Shown: positions 12,201 to 27,200 of the stretch, one piece after another
How the letters are laid out: the number at the start of each line of letters is the position of its first letter
How positions within the stretch are numbered: position 1 is the first letter of the stretch
NCBI GenBank assembly: GCA_002633005.1
Contig: NMRA01000025.1
Coordinates: 604,340-668,339 of the forward strand
Source: Phoronis australis
Taxonomy: Eukaryota; Animalia; Phoronida
Direction of reading: 5' to 3'
DNA length: 64,000 nt
The notes under the pieces: model-generated
Seen by the model: the letters and a program-made list of their open reading frames with translations, nothing else
Told to the model about the DNA's origin: nothing
The model's database searches: none
Made by a program: the position numbers and the translations under genes

Positions 12201-15200
12201 GATAAACTTGGCAGGTTTAGGTTAAGAGATGTGGTGAACAACTAGAAAAACAATAGACGTAATAAAACATGTACAATATTTATGTCATAGATTATTGACA
12301 ACTTTTCAGGCTATATATAACAACTGTAATGTAATCAATTGTTATATTAAGATCTTGATTGTTTTATATGAAATGCTTGTTGAAACGTTGGTAGTTTGGC
12401 ATTGCATTAAAAGGATAGATATTTAGAGCAGTATAAAAAATCAACTTAAAAATGCACATATACAAGGACGTATGAAAAAGTAGGCTCATGTTAATGTATG
12501 ATTTTTTCTCTTTTGACTTTGTATTTTTCACATTTCTATATTCTTATTATGAGTTTATGTGTTGACTAAAATGAATTTAATTGAATTCAGTCTATCAAAC
12601 ATACATGATTCGAGAGTATGGGATACTGAACTTTGGGGATATTGAATAAGCCTCATTTTGAATTTGTTTGTTGCGTTGCAAAAGTCTGTGCATGGCTCGC
12701 TGCTTCAATCATGACATTGATTCTAAAAATGCTAACTTTGACTGATCATCAGGAATGACCTTACAGTGTTTTCTGTGAATTGGCTTATAGTAAGTGAGGT
12801 GAATGTACATTGGTTATTGATAAATATTGTTACTGTTGTTTTGGGACATGGTGCTCAGCCTTATTTTATGAAGATTTTGTTTGTCTGAAAATCTGAAATC
12901 AGGCAGGTTAACGTTTACTAGTTTTCCGTAGTTGCACTATATGTTCGTAGTAGAGTTCACAAACTTATTGTTTTTGTAATAAATTGTCTCAAACCTTTGA
13001 TTGAAGACCTCAAAAATCTTGCAAGTCTCATTTCAAATACTGTGACTGTTTGTTGACTTGATGCAAAGATAAGTGAGAGAATGCTCTGTCAACGATGTCT
13101 ACAATGAGTTGCTGTTGCAGGTTGGCTCGCACCGAGTAAAGATGTCACGAGGATATGAAGCATCAGCACCTGCGTTTGACCGACACATCTCGACGCTGAA
13201 GGAACAGTACGGCGACCAAGTGATAGTTAACCTGCTGGGGAACAAGGAAGGGGAACACATGCTGGGCCAGGCATTTAAGGTAAAGTTACATGTCAAACTC
13301 TGTGCATTCAACTATTTATATCGGTCAGTTTCACGGATGATAATAGAAGTGTTTAGTCAGGTCATAGAACTCATACCACACACCTCACCAACTCTTATTA
13401 CCCTGAAGGGAAACTGACCTCAGGAGGTGAATTACATGGTGTGCCAGTATGTGGTTGCAGTTCAGGTTGCGTGTTATTTTTTGTGTATTATTAAAGTTCT
13501 CGCAGTACATGATATTTTGTGGGTGACTGAGTTGTATGGTTTCCATGCCAACATGGTAAGTGTCATGTGGCATGTGATGAGGTTCTCTTACCACATCTCA
13601 AGTTGATTTTGAAAACAGTCAGAAGTCTTTGTGTAAAACATACAGCCGTGAAAGCTGACAAGCATGCAGCTGGCTTTCAACCACATGCTGTTATGTGCGA
13701 CTTACAATGGAATCAGAATTTTTTATTAGTGACTTAAAGTTTGGTTTTTATGCGCCCACATATTTATATGTGGACGCATTATGCAGTCATCTCCGTCCAT
13801 CCGTCTGGCGTCCGTCCGGCGTCTGCTGCTCTATCTCCAAAACCCTTTGACTTACGTTCATGAAATTTGGCACATATGTTCCATTCATGAATGGGACGGC
13901 ATGTGCGAACTTTCGGACGGATCCGACTACCGGTGTGCCCCCTAGTGGCAATTTTAGTTTTTTACGCTTACCTTTGTATCTTCAAAAGTCCTGAGCGGAT
14001 TTTCATGAAATTTGGTATGTAGGCACCTATTAGTGAGGTGACGCTATCCTCCCGTTTTCAGATGGATTCGACATAGTTTGCACCACCTAGTGGCCATTTT
14101 TAGTGTTTTCGAGTCTGTTTTTGTGCGTCCACCCCTCTATCAACCAAACCGCTCAAAGGATGATTGTGAAAATTGGCATGTATNNNNNNNNNNNNNNNNN
14201 NNNNNNNNNNNNNNNNNNNNNNNNNNNNNNNNNNNNNNNNNNNNNNNNNNNNNNNNNNNNNNNNNNNNNNNNNNNNNNNNNNNNNNNNNNNNNNNNNNNN
14301 NNNNNNNNNNNNNNNNNNNNNNNNNNNNNNNNNNNNNNNNNNNNNNNNNNNNNNNNNNNNNNNNNNNNNNNNNNNNNNNNNNNNNNNNNNNNNNNNNNNN
14401 NNNNNNNNNNNNNNNNNNNNNNNNNNNNNNNNNNNNNNNNNNNNNNNNNNNNNNNNNNNNNNNNNNNNNNNNNNNNNNNNNNNNNNNNNNNNNNNNNNNN
14501 NNNNNNNNNNNNNNNNNNNNNNNNNNNNNNNNNNNNNNNNNNNNNNNNNNNNNNNNNNNNNNNNNNNNNNNNNNNNNNNNNNNNNNNNNNNNNNNNNNNN
14601 NNNNNNNNNNNNNNNNNNNNNNNNNNNNNNNNNNNNNNNNNNNNNNNNNNNNNNNNNNNNNNNNNNNNNNNNNNNNNNNNNNNNNNNNNNNNNNNNNNNN
14701 NNNNNNNNNNNNNNNNNNNNNNNNNNNNNNNNNNNNNNNNNNNNNNNNNNNNNNNNNNNNNNNNNNNNNNNNNNNNNNNNNNNNNNNNNNNNNNNNNNNN
14801 NNNNNNNNNNNNNNNNNNNNNNNNNNNNNNNNNNNNNNNNNNNNNNNNNNNNNNNNNNNNNNNNNNNNNNNNNNNNNNNNNNNNNNNNNNNNNNNNNNNN
14901 NNNNNNNNNNNNNNNTTTTTTTGCGCCCATGGCTGTATCTCCCAAACCGTTTGCAGGATCTTTACTAAATTTAGCAAGTGTATTTATGTGATGTTGACAA
15001 CGGACGATGACGACTTTAGGATGATTCTGACTACCGGTATGCCTCTGGTGGCAATTTTAGTATTTTACATTGACCTCTGTATTTTCATAGGTCTTCAGGT
15101 GTATAACTTTGTGTTACTTCGTGACCGTGAAGGAAAAGTTCCAAGTAAAAATTTGTTTCTGGCATTCTAATGCTGTGCTAATCTCGTATGTTGGTAAATT

Positions 15201-18200
15201 TGTTTTTAATTCTATGTTTCTGTGGTGCTTTAAGCAACTGATGTATAGGATGTGCTTGTATTATGAAGATCACTCACATTTTGGCCCCTAGCCTATTGAG
15301 GAGACAATGACCATCCCTTTCCATTTTGCAAAGTACAACATACTACATATATGTCCTCTACTGGCCACTTTATGGTACCAATAAACAACCCTAGAAGGAT
15401 TCCGTATACGGTGCAATTGTGGGCGCATTTCAATGCTCTGCGTGGCTCTTGTTACTTTTTAATTCACTTGCAGAATCATCACAAGGCGTCTCGTCACAGT
15501 CAGGATGTGCCGTTCCACGCGTTTGACTACCACTCAGAGTGCCGCAGTAGTACTAAGGCCCTAGTCAAACTGAGGGACAAGGTAACGACACAGCTGGAGA
15601 GTTTTGGATTCTTCCACTGTGTCGGCAACGAAGTGAAAAAGTAAGTCAAATGATCAATATTGAAGAATAGAAAGAAAAATGTTGAGAGTTACCGTGTGTG
15701 TGATTTTGTCTTTGAGTTCACATTATCAGGTTTAAGTGACATTTCAAACTCAGGAGTTCAAGTTCAAACTCAAATTTTGTAACTTTGATATTAGGGTTGT
15801 CAAGTGCTAAGTTGCAATTACCTAGTAGTAAATTATAATGCACTCTGTATTCAATTACCTAGTAAATTATAATGCACTCGAGCACAAAAATTGTGGCCAA
15901 AACTTAAATCATTTATTCTGAGTTGAAGCAAAAACAGCCCTGAAAATATCCTAACTTGGAGTTTCAATTCAGAGATTGGATTTTTGGACCCTTTAACATA
16001 ATCTTAATAATATTAAAGTGTTCTGAAAATAAGCTGTCTTCATCCTTCATTTCAGCCACCAGACGGGCACATTTCGCACCAACTGTGTCGACTGTTTGGA
16101 CAGGACCAACGCTGTACAGTGTATGTTTGCCTTGGAGGTCAGTAAATGTTGATTTGTGTCCCATCTGATAGTTTCACCATGCACTTTTTAGAGAAACCCA
16201 ACATTGTTGGTGTTGTTACACAAAATGCAAATCCTTAGTAGTTTTCTGGACATATTTCAGCTTTAACTTATATTCACCTAAGTATGTGTTGAGAAGTGCT
16301 TCTAGCCCAGCTATTGTAAAACATGACCAATTTGGGACATGATGGTGGCGAACAGTTGAAATTTTGTGTTCTCCTCTTTTCATACCGATATACAGTACCA
16401 GAATGCTTTGCCATATCTAAGTTTTGTACCACAGCTACCAACAATAGAAATATTTTCAAAAATTGTTGGACATCAATAAGAATTGTAGAAGTCCTTAAAA
16501 TGAAAAAGTGCGATTTTGTCAATTATTTGTTGTCTGAAATTGATTAGATTTTAGTGCAATCCAACTGAATTTTCAGTTTTCCTGTTTTTCGGAGAACACA
16601 ATTTGATGTCTCAAAAACAATAATCTGGCTTTTCCTGATACCAAGCTGTTATTGTCGTGGACAGGGTTTCTCTCAGAATTGTTTGCTTCTGACCATATAG
16701 CTGCATTATATATTGTTACCAGCAGTTCATAAATTTATTGAGTGTACAGAGGTTATCTTTTCACTCATTGTGATATCATTTTACAGCAGCTACTTTGAAT
16801 AGACTAGAGTGATTTATTAATAAAGTTTACTCACAACGTACTTTGGACCCTCTGCAGATAATCAAACCTAGTATTGTCTCCTCCACTTTTCAAAACACAG
16901 GTGCTGCCCAAGCTGCTGGAGAGTCTGGGTCTGGCAAACAAGTCTCAGATGATATCCAGGTTTCAGGAAGTGTACAAGCAAATCTGGGCCCTGAATGGGG
17001 ATCATGTCAGTAGAATTTATGCTGGAACTGGGGCCTTAGGAGGAGGAAGGTCAAAGGTGAAAGAACAATAAGATTGTTAATGTGCTAGTCCACTAGATAA
17101 TAATACCTTATCCAATTTGTATTTGTTTATGCGGAATGTGAAGTTACTGTAAGTAGTATTAGTAAAAGTACTTTAAGGTGATTATAAAATATAAAAGTTA
17201 CTGATTAGATTGTGTTACTGATTAGATTGTCTGCCTCTTATGAGTTGTTTTGTAGTTAATGATAAATCATCTTTAGTGATTCTATAAATTATTCATTTAT
17301 ATGTACGTAATTGTAAAATAATATACTTAAAATATATTATCTCATTCATTTTTGATGTGCAAATTATCAATCAAAAAGACCTGAAAACTCCTTGTAAATT
17401 GTTCTCAATGTTGTGGAATTGTTGTGCTTCTTGTACTGATGCATTGATGACTGATTCCTGTAACAATGTTGCCCTATGCCGGTGTTCCAAGGCAGCAACT
17501 CCAGGGCCCTGAACTATGAATCAAACAGCTGAAATCTGACCCTACCTTATCTGTTCAGGGAGGGATTCTTGGCCTTCACTTCCACAGTCTCTCTGAAACC
17601 ACGCTTAAACGATGAATTCTTTCTGCTTGGCACTCTCACGTTCCCCGTCTCCCTCATGTCCCATGTCTTAAATGAGTGTTCCACATTACTTTGGTGCTCA
17701 ATAATTGCAAAGTTTAAATCACGGTAAGGTGCCCTGGCGTGTTAAGACAAATGCTTTCTGAGCAGCATTCCTCCAATTTTCTTGGGAATCAATGCTGCCA
17801 ATTCCCAATATTAAGAGAAGAACGAGCTTGACCTACCTTACCTAGATGAAGGATGATTAACTCTTAGTAGTTATTGTTTTGTTTAGTCACGTGATGCTGT
17901 CCGCTCAGCTGCGAGGACTGTTCAGAACAACTTCCTGGACGGCACGAAGCAGGAGGCGATTGATGTGTTGTTGCTAGGCAACACATTGCGTAGCGAGCTT
18001 GCTGACAAAGCCAGGGCATTCCTCTCCACTACCAACCTCCATGGTGAGTTATTGGCAGGTTTCACTGTTTGGAATTAACAACGGTACAAAATTTAGGACA
18101 CTATTAAGGCAAAAAAAAATAATTTCATTTTGTTTCAAGCATCAAGAATGTCAATAGAAATTAAAGAAGTATTGATTTATTGACCTTTTAGATAACTGTA

Positions 18201-21200
18201 TGATTAAGGTAATTATTCTACACTTATTTAACACACATTATGGCCAACACGTGAAATTTTATTTTGTCAAATTTCCTCTTAATATTCCTATTTTTTGATA
18301 GACTCTATTGCGAAAGTGGACCCCTTTTTAAAACAATTCCTAAAAGTGTCCAGGAAACGTAATATATGAAAATTTCATCCGAATCCAATCAGTCGTTTTG
18401 CAGATTCAAGGTGCTGAACTTACCTAAATTTGAATATTTTCATCCTGTCCTACATAACAATAACCATACAGTACAAGATAAAAGCAATCGAACAAAATAC
18501 GGTTTTCCTATCATGACGGCTAATTCTGCAAACAGGTACTTACTATTAGAGTAGCAAAATTCTATTTACTTAATTGTCTAACCACCTTACCAGCTTTCCT
18601 GTTGATTCCTCTTTATTCTCGGTCTTGTTAGAGGACTACCCTGACTACGAATTCTGTTCCCGTTCAGCCATCATGACAGGGAACTCTGGGTAATTTTGTC
18701 AGAATTCTTTTGGCTTATAACTGTAGATGTCATTCCTTATTTCTTTCATTTGCAGCTTCACCAAAGTTGTTCAAAGAGGTCGTGATGCGATATCAAGAGT
18801 TCTCTGACCCTCAGTCAATACGAGTCGGTATCGGGACTTGGAACGTGAATGGAGGAACTCATTTTAGAAGTATCGCATTCAAGCACGAGTCACTTTCGGA
18901 TTGGCTACTCGATGCTCCTAAATTAACGAGAGAAACACGACCAGGTATGGCTCTTTATGAGTACTGTATCTTCCATAGGCAATCATTCTGTGCCAACTGA
19001 AAATGGTTTTACTATCAATAGCAAGTGAAATTAAAATGTAGATTGAACCGGATTGAAAGAATATTAGATGTTAATTTTTCTGGACAACAGTTACTTGTAA
19101 ATTGCAAGTTTTGTGTTTCTGGGGTCTGGACCGATTGATTGGTAACATAAGTCATGTGATTTTGATCCCTGTAATGTTTAGAGCTCCACTCTGACCTCAT
19201 TGGTACCATAAATTGGCAAATTTTGTAAAGTTTTACTTTAAAAATACACAGATTGAGAGCGTAATGTAATTTGTCACCATGGGGATATCTGTGGAGAAAG
19301 TGTGTCACGTGACTACCTGAATGCATGCATTTCTACTGGTAGGACTGTTGTCACACTAGCGCCACCTAGTAAGCATAATGTTGCCTATTACAATACAACA
19401 TATATGGTAAAGGCATGGTGCTTAAGTTGATTCTTAACTTTTTGCATAAAAATAATAGCCAAAATTATCATTTTGTTCTGTTTTTCAAAGTGTAATTACT
19501 TTGTTACTGATAATGTCACCTGGACAACATGTTTTTGATACCTCCACAGCACATACCAAACTACGGTAAAATCTCACCAATTTCTGTCAAAGATAATTGC
19601 CAAAATTACCTTTTTATAATTTTTCAAGGTCTCACATTGTTGTGAGTGCCCAGTTTTCAAAATTGTTTGATGGTAGATATACAACACATATAACATGGTA
19701 AAGTATTCATTTGGTGTTATCTTATATGCAAAGATGATTTTTTAAAATTTTTTATTGTCAGTTTTCAGAGTAAACATAGAACTGGTGGCTATTATCACTG
19801 ACGATTTAAAATTATAATTGATGAATTGAAATTTCAGCTGTAGTTCACGTTGTGTTCTAAATTGGTGAGATTTTACCGTAATACATTAAAAAGTCTCTTT
19901 ATTTTTGTTTGAGAAATTTGGACAAAATTAAATTTCTCACATCCTCTGTACTGTGTGCCGACATAGACGAAGAATTGTCGTCATGAAGCTTGCTATTCAC
20001 GTAATGCGTTTCCTTGACTACATGAAGGAGTCAAATTCATTTTTGTCTTCTAGACTTATTGGACCCTGAGGTGGATTATGTTACGCCGGTAGACATCTAC
20101 GCTATAGGGTTTGAGGAAATTGTAGACTTGACGGCTAAGAACATTGCCAGTGCCAGGTAAAATAAAAATTCTCCAATTTGTGACAATGAAAAGATTAATT
20201 ATTTTGCTCAAGGTTGGACCTTGTACTAGGTTTTAGAAATACACTGTATTGTCTGTCTCAGATTTAAGAATTATGAGAAAGACAAATTTTGCGATGCCAG
20301 GTACAACAATTTGTCTCACCAAATAATTAAGTCAAATAGGTGCTGTAATGCCATGCAGTTACTGAGGGATAAGAAATATATTATTAGCAAAAATAATAGA
20401 AATAAAACAAGAAGAATGCTGCCTATTGTATATCACCATGATGTCACCTGTGTGATTGTATTTACATCCATCTATTGTATATCACCATTCTGTCACCTGT
20501 GTGATTGTATTTATATCCATCTATTCGGCAGTCTGTATCATACCCTTGACATAAAGCGCATTGCTCGAAACATGGGGAATATTTTTATATATTTTAGTAC
20601 CGACGCTCCTCGTTTTATTTTTTACTACTGTTTTTCAATTTTGTCTCAGAGTTGGTTGATGCAGAAAGCAGTGTCCAATATTTCAGAAATGTCATGAACC
20701 CCAAAATTGTTTATGTTCCAATCTTCAGAATCAAGAAACTTCAAATTTGACTTGAATTTCAGAGTCTCAAATTTTACAGACTGTCCCAAACTGGAGGATT
20801 TTTACATTAGTGTGTTTTCTCCCAGTTCCACTGTTCTTAGGAAATGAATGGTTGACTGTAAGCTGCAAATTGAACTCAATGACTTTATTAAGCAGAGTTG
20901 GGGTCAAGATAGATGAATTGTTTGTAAAACACAAAAAACTAACCATTAGGTTATGAGGTCAAGATGGGATAATGGCTTTGGAATGAAGAATATTTTGGTG
21001 GTTGCTATGTTTGGCAAGTAATCTGTTGATGTCACTACTTCAGGTTTTTACGTATATAATGCTATGCTTGTTTTATAGAGAAAAGTAGTGCACGGGGTGT
21101 GGCTTGGATTGTAATACATGTATTTATACTATCTCAGCTTAACATGTCTGTATGGACCATTGTTATAGCATGTACAATATGATATATCATGAGAACAATA

Positions 21201-24200
21201 TTCAAAGTGGGGTCTGAGGATCACCAAATAAATAATGCAAGTATCCATTTTGAGTAATGTTTATAAACTTTTGACGATTTGTAAAAAAGTTTGTGATGAC
21301 ATTTTCACAAAAAAGGCAAACTATGTGAACTGTCTAAAAGGAAAAAATCGGAGGTTTTAATTTGAAAACTGGTTCAAACTCTATACAGCACGACCAATCA
21401 GAAGATGTGGACAGCGGAGCTTCAGAAGACAATCTCGCGTGACCATAAGTACGTCCTGTTGACCTCGGCACAGCTGGTGGGTGTCTGTCTGTTCATCTAT
21501 GTGCGACCACATCATGCTGTCTACATCAGGTAAGTCAAGTTCACTTTTAGCATCTTTGTCATAACTCTTCAATGAAAGTGTTGTGAATGTAGTTCATGGT
21601 CATCATCATGCCTATATTAATGGTCAACTCTGCCATCTTTTATGTAATCATCATCATCGCTGTCATGATTTTCTTGTTCATGGTCAGCAATACTTATAAA
21701 GATGATGTGCCATAATATTGCCTATAACTACAGCAACATATTCAGCAACTGCAACAATAACAAAAACAACATCAGCAGCAGCATCACCACCACCTCCACC
21801 ACCAACTACATGAAGAAGAGCAACAACAATGACAACAAGTACAAGGACAGAAGCTTACTTGCCAAGAGCTCTTCAGTACTAAGTATTATTACGCATGTTA
21901 ATTCAGGTATTCCACCTTTAAAGGCTGGAAGCCCTCAACTTTTCTTCCTTGTTGAAACCAGTACGATTCTCACAGTGTAATACAGTCGCTAAAGTTATTT
22001 GTTTTCCGTGAATCTTGGTCGAGAAAGAAAATGCTTTTGCGTAGAATCGAGGAGAGTGTTGAGTGACTATGAGCAATGAGTTCTCACGATGTCAAGTTTT
22101 AGTTGTGATGTAGTTACATTCCTGATGTTTTTTACTTTAGACTTCAGAACAAATTACTACCAAATTTTTGTTCTTTCCGTTTTCCATTGGTTTTTTAATC
22201 ATATAATGCTTTTTAAAAACTTCAATTGATGAAATTATCATACATTTAATGGAAATTTAAAATAATAAAAGCAAGACGCTGTCGTTCACATTACAACGTT
22301 TCAATATCCCTCAACATCATCATCAGGTACATTTAGTACACAGATTCAATGACATACAAAGGAAATACAAATGCATAATCCATTACTTCACATCACAGTA
22401 CATTATACAGTACTGAACAAGCAACCTCTACCAAACCACTAGTTTGTATGCCCTGTTATTCCACTTTAACATTGTAATATGAAACACAACCTCTTGTTTT
22501 TGTTACTTAACTTTCTACTGATCATCTGGCCAAGAACTGGCATTAGTATACATTTGTTTTGTAGAGATGTTGCCGTGGAAACTGTCAAGACGGGTCTGAA
22601 GGGAACTGCGGGCAACAAAGGAGCAGTAGCCATTCGTTTTGTGTTCCAGTCGACATCTTTGTGTTTTGTATGCGCTCACTTCACTGCTCATCAGGGGAAC
22701 ATAAAGGAAAGGAACGAAGACTATGCAGAAATATCAAAGAAGATTCTATTCCCCATGGTCAGTGTGAATTTTAAACTATTTTCTACTAAATTATGTAAAT
22801 AAGTTCTGTGATTGAGCTATATACACTGTGAATTAAATGATGATCGTTTTTAATCATCCAGTTGTTCGGAATAGAATTCAAGTTTATAGTATTGCCGACT
22901 TGCTATTGCAATGATAGCAATTTCTTTTATTTCTCTTTTTTGAATGTGCTTTTATAGTGAATTAAATGCAGTTTGACTGAGTGTATTATCACTATAAAGC
23001 ATCACAGACTCACTATTAATTAGCACGACTCACTAGTATTATAACTATAAAGCATCACAGACTCACTAGTATTATAACTATAAAGCATCACAGACTCACT
23101 AGTATTATAACTATAAAGCATCACAGACTCACTAGTATTATAACTATAAAGCATCACAGACTCACTAGTATTATCACTATAAAGCATCACAGACTCACTA
23201 GTATTATCACTATGAAGCATCACAGACTCACTAGTATTATCACTATGAAGCATCACAGACTCACTAGTATTATAACTATGAAGCATCACAGACTCACTAG
23301 TATTATCACTATGAAGCATCACAGACTCACTAGTATTATCACTATGAAGCATCACAGACTCACTATTAATTAGCTTAATGATGCATTTGCGTGTTTTTAT
23401 CAAAACTGCTCTTACTCCTATTGTGGTCAGAAACGTTTCTATCGAATTTTTCTTTAATTCCAAGATTGTTTAACCCAGTAGCATCTTCATTTAAATTTAA
23501 ACATCTAAGTCTTGTACAAAATGTGCTTTCTGTCTTATTTAAACCAGGAGCAATGCAGGGTAAGGTTGTGGTAGTATAATTTTAAAAAATCTAATCAGGA
23601 ATGAAAAGCATGCACGTTGTTTTCAAATTGAGGTAGACTAAATCACTTATTCGCATTTTTTCCTTGCATTATTTGAATGTTGCTTTTGAAAGTAGTACTC
23701 AGTTTTTGACTATAATTTCTTCACAGTAATTATCTTAGTCCCATTCTTGTTTCATACCTACCCAACGATTACAAAAAACGTTTATTGTGTTTGCACTGTC
23801 TGGTCGCTTCATACTGCTATGATCGTTCATTAAAAGACGTAACTTTGATTGTATGCGAAAATACATGTTGCTGCAATAGTTTGTATTAATTTCATCTTGG
23901 TTAATTAAGCCATCACGAGATGGCTCTTTAACAGTTTTCAGACTTATTACGTTGTATTGCTATCAGTTGTTGTACCTTGGATCGGCAGCATGTGACTCAG
24001 TTAATACAATACTAATACAACATACAAATTTTCTGTAACGGTTTTTTGTTTTTCAAAGTTTCGAACACTGCTGTGTGTATAACTGTGGCACTGTTGTAAA
24101 ATGTGTTCTTGGCCTTAACAGAACCTGATCGCATGCAAATTGTACCCTGCTAACAATGTAGATGTGTTTTGTATGCCAAATTTATTGGGTTTTTTTAAAC

Positions 24201-27200
24201 ACACTACAACACACAACAAGAAATAGAAGAAAAGTTGATCATTTGGAGATTTTGCCTGATGTGAGGCAATTGTTTTGGCAGTAATACAATGTATGCGAAT
24301 TCTGCTGAAACTGTCTCCAAATTTTGCTTTATAATGTTGACATCGTACAAACTAAGTTGCAGACAAAATAAATTTCATTTTTCCGCCATGTTGTGTGCTC
24401 AGTATGAGAAGCATTACAGTAACATCAGGCAACAATTGAAAGAAATTTTACTTTTAGACTGATGTTCACACAAATTTAACATGGGTTGCCGTTCTGCCAG
24501 CCTTGTTTTTTTAAAGAGCCAAGATGTTTTCCACTGTTTTGACTCATAGTTTTACCCGTAATTTCACTTAATCTTTATCATGCTTTGTTCAATTGAACAT
24601 AGTGTAAATTTGGTAAGTCTTTGTCACCAGGGTGATACACTTAGCTACAAAAGACTTGTTAAAAACAACCAGTTATGGAGCAATGTGGACCCATAGTACT
24701 TTGGTTGTAGTCAACCTGAAGAAGAAACAGGTCAAGTAGCTGTGTGGCATGTTACTGTGTAGACATGGTCAATAAATTTTGTCTCATCTCACACCAAATA
24801 ACTAACTTATCTATTCTGGACAGGCCAATGAGCTCTCAGAGATTCTGGTAGTTAGTTAAAAGAGACAACAATGCTTGCTTGCTTGCTTACTTTACTTGAG
24901 CGTCCAAATGTTGAACTGGACATCCTAGCTAGAGTGTCTAAACATGGGTCAAGGTGTCCATTTGGACGCTATGGATGCCCACCAGGTGAAGGTCTGGGAG
25001 GAATCTTGATTTTAATGGAATAAATGCTAAGTGTCATTAATTAAACCAACACTCCATAGAATATGCTTTTAATTGTGCTTGTGGTGACTTACCGCAACGA
25101 GGTATTTGATCATACAAACAAATTGTTACAGAATCCAGTAGTCCTGCGTAACCAAGCAATGCGTGCTTTCTTACCAGAGTCTCTCACCAACTCTTGTAAC
25201 AGTAATGCTCATCTGATCTCAATGTTTCAGGGCCGAAGCTTGGCGTCACATGACTATGTGTTCTGGTGCGGAGACTTCAACTATCGTATCGACTTGCCCA
25301 GGGATGATGTTATCGATTTGATCAACTCGCAAAACTGGAGTGCTCTGCAGTCGGCCGATCAACTGACAGTCCAGAGGCAGAGTGGACAGGTATGGACATC
25401 GTGTGTGTCTATAGAGTCTAGTAGGTATTTGTCAATGGTCATGAGTATTTTGAACAACATAGCCCTCTGATGTCCTGAGTCATATGATGGCTTGGTTGCG
25501 TGCAAGTATATTTCTGTATCCCGCCTTGCATGACAGGGTAGACACCTGTTAGCCATCATGTGAAACTGTCACGTTTTTTCCCGTGTGTGGGTGGGCACAG
25601 GTTGTTATAGACTGGTGCTAATAGCTTTCGGTGCGACGATAGACTGAAGACTGGTTCGAGTTAATCCTTTATTAATCTTCACCGTATGTTCACAAGCCTA
25701 TTCAAACGAAACGTCCGACGTAATGTCTGTTCTACGCTCCAGCCAGTGTTCGAAGACTTGACTTGTGATGAACTTCTGAGACGCGTTCAGCAACTGTTAC
25801 ACCCATTGATTCAATAACCTGCTGTCTCTATAGCTGGCTCTCTATTGACTATCGCTGTTACTGCTGATTCTTTTCACTGCAACTCAATTGTAATTCTCTC
25901 AACTGTTTAACTGTTAACTGCTTTACTGCTTAACTCTTGAACTGACTACTACAAACCCGTGCTTGTGTATTTATAGACTAATGCAATGTTCTAGAACTTT
26001 TTACCAATTCAAGCACATTCTTCAACTTTCCGGAATCTACTCAATCATTCTACAAACATGTACCAGTCTCTAGAATATTCCAGACTGCATTAATCTCTGT
26101 CATATTAGAGTCTTCTAGAAAGTTCCATACTATTCTGTAGTAAACAAATTACATCATCATTGTACTTAACTCAGGGGTCATGCCAATCAAAAAAAAAAAC
26201 AAAACAAAACAATACAACTAAAAACGGGGTCATTCTATATTCTTACAGAAACCAACGGATTGTACATTACAGAAAGGTAACTACAACAATCCTTGTTCAA
26301 GGAGAGCTTATGAAGTATACTTCAATCAGTTGTCAATCAAAGGTATGTCTAGAACTGTGTGCTGTTTTAAAATAATGTCTGTAGTCTGTGAATGTTTTAG
26401 GTGTTTCAAGGATTCAACGAAGGTGAGACCAAGTTTGCTCCAACTTACAAGTACGACCTCTTCTGTGATGATTTTGACACAAGCGAGAAGCGTCGCTGTC
26501 CGGCGTGGACTGACCGTATATTGTGGAAACGTAAGAAGTTGCCGGGAACCAAGGAGGATGCAGACTGTCCGTTCAATACAGGCAAATTGTTGCTTTACAA
26601 CAGGGCAGAGTTCAAAACATCTGATCACAGGTGAACGCTTAGCATTCAATAGTCTGTGTCTTAAGCAGTATTTGTTTCACATGTGGTGCTACCTTTAAAG
26701 GGATAGGATTGGCTCAAGGTTAAATAATCTTTAAATTATGCTTGAGATGTCGTATACATGTCAGATAAACCTCCTCATCTGACCATTGCAACATCTTACC
26801 AGCAATTGGTTCTATAAATAGACAACCTTGTAGATCGACATTATAAAGGATGACAACTTCAATTAGTCGATGCGTGTCTGTGGTGGCTGGGACATTAGTC
26901 ACATGACTATAATTTGGATATTTTCCTTTTGAAGTTACCCATTAAGCTTAACCTTTGTTGCCCAAAGAGTGGCACGCAGTCATCAAAACGACTCTTGTAT
27001 GACATTGCATACAGCTTAGGTTGTGTCTGATGTCAGAAACTTGTCCGATATTAGAGTTCAGAGGTGACGCTTAGAGCTGGGAGTTGGTGCGATATGCTTT
27101 TGATCCCAGTACAATTGGTATAAACTTATAAGATCATTATAAAACTCGTAAAAGTCCTTCAAGGGATTTTGTTGACAATGAGTTTTTCAAATTTTGCAAT

